In this document: piece after piece, positions 55,000-64,000 of the stretch
Layout of the letters: each line of letters begins with the position of its first letter
Position numbering within the stretch: the stretch's first letter is position 1
Origin: Octopus vulgaris
Lineage: Eukaryota
Direction of reading: 5' to 3'
DNA length: 64,000 nucleotides
Assembly: GCA_951406725.2 (NCBI GenBank)
Contig: OX597833.1
Span: 6,820,001-6,884,000 of the forward strand
Made by a program: the position numbers and the translations under genes
Notes under the pieces: model-generated
Told to the model about the DNA's origin: nothing
Seen by the model: only the letters and a program-made list of their open reading frames with translations
Database searches by the model: none

Positions 55000-55435
55000 C
55001 ATCGTCTTGGCTTAACAGCCCTCAACGTGTTTGTTTTTACTGTTTTGTTCTCACTGTCCTGTTCTTGTTACCACTTTCACCCTCCGCCAAAAATCCCAAA
55101 TTTTATTTAATTTGCTTTGCGGGAAGGACTGCTTCAACTAAGTCATGTCTTGTCCTTGCTTTCGAAAAAGCGGAGTAGATGAAACAGGGAGAACTGAAGA
55201 AGGGGAATATTCTTTATGTTGTATGTCTCGTTTCTTTGTTTATTTTTTCGTTGTTCGAAAAAAATTTCGTTTCTCTGTTTTTGTTTTTATGTTTTCGTTT
55301 CTCATTGTGTTCAACGTTTTTTGATGTCCTGTACCCATATATGCATGTGTATATATACATATATATGTAGGTAAGTACATATACGTATGTATATATATAT
55401 ATGCATATATTTATATATTATTTATATTATTATAT
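54998..55435 (+). mobile_element. Dispersed repeat family D, copy 2, in (TA)n
   Basis: Colinear with 5115-5570. Confidence 0.75.
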
Positions 55436-56679
55436 ATATATAGGACATGCTTCTTTTAGATTCTGTCTTCCAAATCCGCTCAGAAGGTCCGAGGCTATAG
55501 TGGAATACACACGCCCAAAGTGCCATGCCATGCTGTGGGAATACTTGCCTAAGAAATGGAGGTAAATGATGCTGAATGAATTGAGGCTTAGATGGGAATC
55601 AGAAATATGGTTCGGCTTGGGGGGGGGGGTAAAGCTGAATGAAATCGAAGGAAATATAGAATGAATGAATGAATGGTGAATAATGTCGAGGAAGGAAGCA
55701 TAAAATGAATGAATGTAGAATGAAAGCATGAGAAGAAATGAATATAGAATGAATGAAACTATGGAGAATGAATATATTAACAAGAAAGAGAGAAAGAAAG
55801 AAGGAAAGAAAGAAAGAAAGAAAGAAAGGAAGGAAGGAAGAAAGAAAGAAGAAAGAAGGAAAGAAGAAAGAAGGAAAGAAGAAAGAAGGAAAGAAAGAAA
55901 GAAAGAAAGGAAGAAAGGGAGAAAGGAAGGAAGAAAGAAAGAAGAAAGAAAGAATGAAGGAAGGAAGGAAGGAAGGAAGGAAGGAAGGAAGGATGGAAGG
56001 AAAATGAATTAATGAATGAATAAATGAGTTTACGGATGAATGAAACTGTGGTGGAGAGAACTAGAGTTGGATGAATGAAAGTATGGTTGAATGAAATTCG
56101 GTAGAAGGAAATAGAGAATGAATGAATTTTGAGGTGAATGAAACTGCGGTAGAAGGAAAGATTCTTATCAAGAAATCTGCGTGAAGGAGATTTTCATAAA
56201 TTCTTTGTCTTCATGACCGTCGAAATATCTCTCTAACTGTCTGTCTGTCTGTCTCTGGAAATGAAAGAGAGCCAATGGAATTATGGGAAGGAATAACAGA
56301 ACGAGAAGGAAAAAGAAAGGAGAAAGAGAAATGTTATAATGAAGAAGTGGGGAGCGTGGGGGAAGAATAGATTCGCGATGATGGAGGATGGGAAAGACTT
56401 TGTGATAAAAGATAAATATGAGAGACGGTGGGGGCGGATTCTTCATTAATGGTAAATAAATATTAGATATGGGGGAAGGGGTGTTGTAGTGGGGGTACCT
56501 TGATATTAAGGGCCGTTTCCTTTCTATTTTTATTGGAGTAGGGCTCTTAATCTCTTTGTCTTCATGACCGTCGAAATATCTCTCTAACTGTCTGTCTGTC
56601 TGTCTCTGTGGTATTTATGTGTGTTTGGCTGGCTGGCTGTCTGTCTGTCTATATGTGTGGCGCGTACGCGTCTGTGCAT

Positions 56680-56719
<40 letters not shown>

Positions 56720-56721
<2 letters not shown>

Positions 56722-56900
56722 TCTTTACTTTTTACTTGTTTCAGTCATTTGACTGTGGCCATGCTTCTTTCATCCACTAAGGCTTTGGTCGGCCCGAGGC
56801 TATATAGAAGACACTTGCCCAAGGTGCCATGCAGTGGGACTGAACCCGGAACCATGTGGCTGGTAAACAAGCTACTTACCACACAGCCACTCATGCGCCT
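56720..56900 (-). mobile_element. SINE family B with central deletion
   Basis: The tail (..GGCCATGCT) is joined to the head-side sequence (GCTTCTTTCA..) at a GCT microhomology. Confidence 0.8.
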
Positions 56901-56907
56901 ATATATA

Positions 56908-56940
<33 letters not shown>

Positions 56941-57819
56941 AGTTGTGTGTATGTGTGTACACATACACACACACATATATAATACATATATATAGAGAGA
57001 AAGAGAGGGAGAGAGATAAATAGATACATATCTATTTACATATATATGCGTATATATATATGTAATGTCTGTCTGTATGTATGTATGTATGTATGTATGT
57101 ATGTATATATGTATGTATGTATGTATATATGTATGTCTGTCTGTCTGTATGTATGTATGTATGTATGTATATATGTATGTATGTATGTATAAATGTATGT
57201 ATGTATGTATGTATGTATGTGTGTGCGTATGTATGTATGTATGTATGTATATATATATGTATGTATGTATATATGTATGTATGTATATATGTATGTATGC
57301 ATGCATGCATGCATGCATGTATCTATGTATGTATATTTATACGTATATATGTACATATGACACACACAAGCGCATATATACATACTATAATTATTGTGCG
57401 TATGTATAGATGAGTGCGTGTGTGTGTGTGTGTGTGTATAAACATGTATGTATATCAGTCATTATATTTAACTATCTATCTATCTACCCGTTTGAGTAAG
57501 TCTACCCGTTTCAGTAAGCATCGTACCCCAGCAGCACTCACCAACCAGACTGCCACCTATCCAGCTCTGGCCACCCTTACCCACCGTTGCAGAATCACAA
57601 AAGCAAAGAAGAAGCGATTATGTCACTCTAACACCCCATCTACCCGTATGCTACCCCCTCCCAGCCTCACCCCGCTCCTCGCAGCCCCCAATCTATCGCC
57701 CCTCCAACCACACACACACACGCGCGCATACACATACATAGCACTATTGCATACCACCACACTGCTGGAATCACACTCTCACCGCTGCCACCTCCTACCA
57801 TGCTACCACCACAACCATC

Positions 57820-57885
<66 letters not shown>

Positions 57886-58169
57886 GCTGCAGCTTGTTAT
57901 TGTAGCTAACACCACGACCACCACCTCAACTACCACTACGCTTTCTCCCTACTACTATCACCACAACTACCACCACCACCACCACTACCGCCACCACCAC
58001 CACTACTACCGCCACTACCCCCAAAACCATCACCGCTATAACCGCCGTCACCAGCATCAATTTCATTATCATCATCGCCATCATCATCATTGTCTTCATC
58101 ATCACGACACATCGTAATGAATGTCACTATCACCTCCGCCCCCACCGCCGCCTCAATCACCATCCTCAA

Positions 58170-58227
58170 CTATTACTACTACTATTACCACCACCACCAC
58201 TACGACTATTACTACTACTACTACTAC

Positions 58228-58263
<36 letters not shown>

Positions 58264-58374
58264 TAATAATAATAATGATGATGATGATGATGATGATGAT
58301 AATAATAATAATAATAATAAATAGTAATAATGATAATAATAATAATAATAACAACAACATCAATAATAATAATA

Positions 58375-58460
<86 letters not shown>

Positions 58461-58571
58461 TAATAATAATAATGATGATGATGATGATGATGATGATAAT
58501 AATAATAATAATAATAAATAGTAATAATGATAATAATAATAATAATAACAACAACATCAATAATAATAATA

Positions 58572-58642
<71 letters not shown>

Positions 58643-58650
58643 TAATGATG
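58170..58650. repeat. (AAT/GAT)n tract with a ~197 bp tandem duplication
   Basis: AAATAGTAATAATGATAAT...AACAACAACATCAATAAT recurs near 58320 and 58517. Confidence 0.9.
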
Positions 58651-58991
58651 ATAATCCCACCCCCTCCAAAGCATGGCACACTTTAACAGCACCCTCGCAA
58701 CAGCCATAAACACCGCGCCACCTCATTATCGCCACCCGGTTTCCACCGCCGCCATCACCGCCACGATACCAGTAACATTATGGACATCAGCGCCACCATG
58801 CGACTAACGTTAACGAAAACCATTGCACTACCACTATACCTCTGTACCAGCAGCACGACCCCTTTTCCCATCTCCACCACTGCTACTCTCTACACCACCA
58901 CCACCACACCGTACCACCACCACCACACCATACCACTCGCATCAACAGAATCTTCGCCGACCCCATCAAAACTACAGCCATCATCACCATG

Positions 58992-59028
<37 letters not shown>

Positions 59029-59763
59029 TCATCACCATCACCATGACTACCACCACCACAACTACCAACAACACCACCACCACCACAACCACTATAATTA
59101 CCACCACCATCACCATTACAACCACCACCACCACAACCACCATACCATCAAAACGGTTACCATCGCCATTGTCACCACTGCTATCATAACACAACCCTGC
59201 CGACGCCGCCACGACCACCACCATCGAACCATTATTACGGACGTCCCCAGTCCACCTCGCCATCACCACCACCACCACCACCACCATTACACCACCAGCT
59301 CATTATCCGTACCACACACACACACACACACACACCACCACCACCACCATCACCACCACCGCTGCCACCACCACCACTACTAAAGCGCACAACCACACTT
59401 TGGTCGCCCCTCCTCCTCCTGCAGCAACGTCACCCCCGGCGCGTGTCCCTATTCTGGCTCTCTGAACTCCTTATATGGTATTGTATAACAACACGAGTAG
59501 TATAAGGAGAGGGTTAGACCAAGGAGGAGAGAGGGAGAGAGGGAGGAGTTGATCCTTAAACAGTAACTAGAGAGGAGGAGTAGGAGGAGAGTGCGAGGGA
59601 GGGGGGCGGAGAGGGTGGTGGGTTTTACTTACACAAGTGTGCCGGCATATGTGGTTGCGGGGTCGGGGAAAACTGGGAGCTCTGTGTGTGTGTGTGTGTG
59701 TGTGCGTAATGACATTATATGCAATACATATATATGTATATATACACATATAATGACATTTTA

Positions 59764-59805
<42 letters not shown>

Positions 59806-59826
59806 GACGTCTTTATGTAGATATGT

Positions 59827-59868
<42 letters not shown>

Positions 59869-60020
59869 ATATATCTACGTATATATATATACATATATAT
59901 ATATATATGTGTGTGTGTATATATATATATGTTCGTATATATATATACATGTATATATATATACATATATATATATACATATATATACATGTATATATAT
60001 ATATATATATATACATATAT

Positions 60021-60071
<51 letters not shown>

Positions 60072-60156
60072 CGTATATATAGATGCATTCATACGTAAAC
60101 GTACATACGCATACAATGTTGAATAAATATACAGGCGTGCATCCACGCGGCTGTGT

Positions 60157-60196
<40 letters not shown>

Positions 60197-60556
60197 ACGC
60201 GTGTGTGTGTGTGTGTGCTGGTATGTTCATGCGTTCTTAATGCGTGTAGGTTGTGGATGCGAGCGAAGGAGTGGAGACGTATGACTGTGAGTAGAGTTTA
60301 AGGTGGAGTGGTCGTTGGGTTGAGTGTGAATAATGTTATTCCATGTAGTTGATGGTGATGATGATGGGGGCTGTTCGTGAAGTGGAGGTGGTGGTGGTGG
60401 TGGTGATGGTGATGGCGGTGGTGGTGGTGATGGTGGTGGTGGTGGTGTTATGTTGGTGGCGACGTCATGCATGGCACAGTGTTGTGTGTGCATGATGTCG
60501 CCACCAATGAATGGAGCACCGGAGAGTTTTGGTCTTCATATACTGTGACAATAAAT

Positions 60557-60877
60557 GGCACTCCGTCGGTTACGACGACGACTATTATAGTTGATCCAAT
60601 CAATGGAACAGGCTTCACGAGAAATTAACGTGCAAGTGGCTGAGCACTCCACAGACACGCGTAACCTCAACGTAGTTCTCATGGAGAGTCAGCATGACAC
60701 AGAATGTGACAAGACTGGCCCTTTGAAATACAGGTACTACTCATTTTTGCCAGCTGAGTGGACTGGAGCAATGTAAAATGAAGTGTCTTGCTCAAGGACA
60801 CAACTACGCAACGTCCGGAGTCGAACTCATCGCCTTACGATCGTGGGCGTAACACCCAAACCACTAAGTCACCCGCC
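60557..60877 (-). mobile_element. SINE combining a family E-type core with the family C tail
   Basis: Reverse complement: CCTTGAGCAAGACAC..TTGCTCCAGTCCACTCAGCTGG then GTACCTGTATTTCAAAGGGCC..GTCGTCGTAACCGACGGAGTGCC. Confidence 0.85.
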
Positions 60878-60943
<66 letters not shown>

Positions 60944-61771
60944 CATTATTACAATATGGTTGACATGAAGAATGACAAAATATATTTAGTTCCGTGTTAA
61001 GAAGATCAAAGAAACTGACTGGTTGCTTCCACATTCCACCTGGAGCCACAATTGGCCAAATGAAATATGTTTTAACTCTCTGCAACTCGTCTGGTTAAAC
61101 ACGGAACACATCGATATTGATGACGTAAGAACTTGCAACAGGTGACACAGTTTTTCACCGTTTTTTTTTATTGCAGGAACAAATCAGGAACGCGAATATT
61201 GCGGAACCCTTCTAGCTAAAGAGACCAAATTCAAGAAAATCTTCTTCTCACTCGTCGGCAGTTTGGAGAAGCGGTTCAGTGTCGCTCGTTCTACCAGAAC
61301 ATTCTCGATTGCAGCTCATAAATAAATCGCTTGCTTATCATCCATTTCGTACTTTTAGCTTTAAATCCTTAAATCCTTTAAAGTGTTTCAGCCCGAAAGC
61401 TGCGGCCATGCTGGGGCACCACCAAAAGAACATTACACATTGAATTTTGAATGTGAAACAAAGCATCATCATCATCATCATCATCATCATCACTTACTTA
61501 GATTTTCTGTTATTCTGTGCATTTGTGTGTAAAGATCAGTTGTGTTTTGCAGGGTTGCTTTATTTTCACCCTTAACTTAGAAATGGAGAAACACATAGTG
61601 ATAGATATCAAAATAAAAAATAAGCCATTTGGGGCAAGAAATAAAGCGGGAAAACGTGAAATTCTTCGAGTAGGCATCATGTGTCTAATGCGAAATCACT
61701 GCACAACCTTTTTTGCAGCTGTGACACGATTTCTTCGGGCAGATCCACAGCATCTCGAGACCAGCGAATGC

Positions 61772-61846
61772 CTACTACTACTACTACTACTACTGCTGCT
61801 GCTGCTGATGATGATGATAATGATGATGATGATGATGATGATGATG

Positions 61847-61879
<33 letters not shown>

Positions 61880-61886
61880 TTACGAT

Positions 61887-61942
<56 letters not shown>

Positions 61943-61948
61943 ATGATG

Positions 61949-62026
<78 letters not shown>

Positions 62027-62032
62027 ATGATG

Positions 62033-62102
<70 letters not shown>

Positions 62103-62119
62103 CGCTGCTGCTGCTGCTG

Positions 62120-62175
<56 letters not shown>

Positions 62176-62206
62176 GCTGCTACTACTACTACTACTACTA
62201 CTATTA

Positions 62207-62235
<29 letters not shown>
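61772..62235. repeat. Higher-order compound microsatellite [(ACT)n(GCT)n(GAT)n]
   Basis: Three full cycles plus a partial fourth. Confidence 0.92.
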
Positions 62236-62240
<5 letters not shown>

Positions 62241-62580
62241 TTCACCTGACATTGGTGGGTCCCGGATCATACCAGAAGGGACTTGCCCAATGTGCCGCAC
62301 CGTGGAATCGAACACAAAGGCCACATGTTTGCAAAGCAAATTTCTTAACCCCACAGCCACGTCTGCTTTTCAGAGACCGTTTTCTATCCCGTTCCGATCA
62401 CATTAAATCTTATAACCACTAAAATCTGTGTAATAAATACCTTCCAATATGTTTTCGATAAACTTTATTTTCATTAATTTCGGGATTTATAACCTGTTAT
62501 AAATCTCTCGGGGATTGAATATTCTGTAATTGAAAACACACTTTTTTCTGTGGAATATGCAGTAAAGCATTTCAGAGCTG

Positions 62581-62967
62581 TGGGGGCGCAATGGCCCGGT
62601 GGTTAGGGCAGCGGACTCGCGGTCGTAGGATCGCGGTTTCTATTCCCAGACCGGGCGTTGTGAGTGTTTACTGAGCGAAAACACCTAAAAGCTCCAAGAG
62701 GCTCCGGCAGGGGGTGGTGGTGATCCCTGCTGTATTCTTTCACCACAACTTTCTCTCACTCTTACTTCCTGTTTCTGTTGTACCTGTATTTCAAGGGGCC
62801 GGCCTTGTCACTCTCTGTGTCACGCTGAATATCCCCGAGAACTGCGTTAAGGGTACACGTGTCTGTGGAGTTCTCAGCCACTTACACGTTAATTTCACGA
62901 GCAGGCTGTTCCGTTGATCGGATCAACCGGAACCCTCGTCGTCGTAACCGACGGAGTGCTTCCATCC
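62581..62967 (+). mobile_element. Young SINE family C with a 17-20 bp TSD
   Basis: AAAGCATTTCAGAGCTG(TGG) at 62564 and 62968. Confidence 0.93.
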
Positions 62968-62984
62968 AAAGCATTTCAGAGCTG

Positions 62985-63126
62985 TGGAGGCGCGTGGCTT
63001 AGTGGCTAAATCATTCGGCTCATGATCGCATCGACATGAGTTTCATTCCCAGCAACGTATTGTATCCTTGAGCAAAACACTTTATTTCACGCTGCTCCGG
63101 TCCACTCAGCTGGCAAAAATGAGTTT
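62985..63126 (+). mobile_element. Older SINE head and core
   Basis: GGAGGCGCGTGGCTTAGTGG..CCTTGAGCAAAACACTTTATTTCAC..CCACTCAGCTGGCAAAAATGAGT. Confidence 0.8.
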
Positions 63127-63535
63127 ATAACTCTTTCTCTGGCTTTTCTGTCATTATTATAATGGGTTCTGTCCCTCTCGATGTTGGCTGGTCTCATATC
63201 TTTACCACTTAGGCAACTCCGAAATCCTCGCCTCTCGACCTATCGCAGTACTTGTTACGCCCAACTCTCATCTGCCGCGCTTTAACCACTTACTCCAGTC
63301 CTTCTGCTACAAAACAATACACCACTGGTATCTTCTTTCTGTTCATGTCGTACCTACTTACCTATGCTAACCTTCAACAGTTTAAACATAACGTTAACAG
63401 CACCAACATCACTGGTTTCAGAAAGGTTATAGACACAGCTCCTTCCCCCAGACTGAGAAAAAAAGAACAAAAAAACAACTAAAGCAGTCGAAACACATAA
63501 AAAAATCTTGTTTCAATAAACAATAGAACAGAACG

Positions 63536-64000
63536 TTTCTGCCATTTGATGATCGAACACAAGTCTCTGACAAATCGGTGTTAATAGTATTTATTCAGAG
63601 ATTTAATTTTGCTAATTTTTGAACAAACAAAACAACTAACTTCAGGAAACAGCAAACATGGAAGAATTTATTGGTGAAGACATTTGCAAAGACGTGGATA
63701 AAACAATTGATAAAATAGAATCTGGTTTGGAAATGCCTGAAGTATGTTACAACATCTGGCAGGAAAATATGAGTGAGGAAGAAAAGTGGTTTATTGGGCA
63801 AATGTTCGAAGTGTTTGATGGTATGAGACGTATAAAACGTAAAATGATTCACAACATCAACCATGAAGAAGGCAGCCATTTTGGATCTATCGTGTGCGAC
63901 AAAAGCAGTTCTGTTAATACGATTCGATCACGTGAACTCAATCACCGCAAGTTCCGATCATTTTTAGAAGAAACAAATGTTGGTTATAACGATTTGCCAT
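63536..64000 (+). pseudogene. hAT transposase fragment (SPIN/Buster, GTF2IRD2/EPM2AIP1-like), runs off the window
   Basis: FLPFDDRTQVSDKSVLIVFIQ (SLALDESTD..QLxIFIR), GEDICKDV, LKYVTTSG (VTTDG) and VNTIRSRELNHRKFRSFLEETNVGYNDLP (IRSRGLNHRQF..YxDLP); frameshifted. Confidence 0.8.

Noticed and set aside
61517-62422. 301-aa Leu/Met-rich ORF
   Set aside because: Read-through of a compound microsatellite and a degraded SINE.

Overview
This is eukaryotic (animal) non-coding DNA. I find no host protein-coding gene, rRNA, true tRNA or CRISPR array. Most ORFs in the supplied track are read-throughs of simple repeats. The extreme microsatellite load ((TA)n, (CA)n, (GATA)n, (TATG)n, (TAA)n, (GGT)n, (GAA)n, (GAT)n) and the SINE families suggest a cephalopod, probably Octopus; this is an inference and was not checked. 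Between the microsatellites lies a dense set of mobile-element relics: (i) a full-length but frameshifted D,D34D mariner with TIRs and TA TSD (19508-21029) carrying a SINE with an 18-bp TSD, abutting a deleted Tc1/mariner-superfamily element, plus an older mariner; (ii) non-LTR retrotransposon fragments: R4/Dong pieces in (TAA)n, a young Tx1/L1-like 3' half in (TATC)n, and CR1-group 3' ends that share a tail with a SINE family; (iii) several modular tRNA-derived SINE families; (iv) a non-autonomous Helitron, hAT and Tc1-type MITEs and a hAT transposase fragment; (v) Penelope-like relics. The most notable hidden signal is a set of minimal hammerhead-ribozyme motifs in short TA-associated repeats and long palindromes. 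It includes a canonical copy (8570-8652) and apparent natural core variants (U3-A8 compensatory pair; CCGAUGA). Hammerheads in Penelope terminal repeats are known in general, so novelty would lie in these specific families and variants. Coordinates of degraded elements are approximate.
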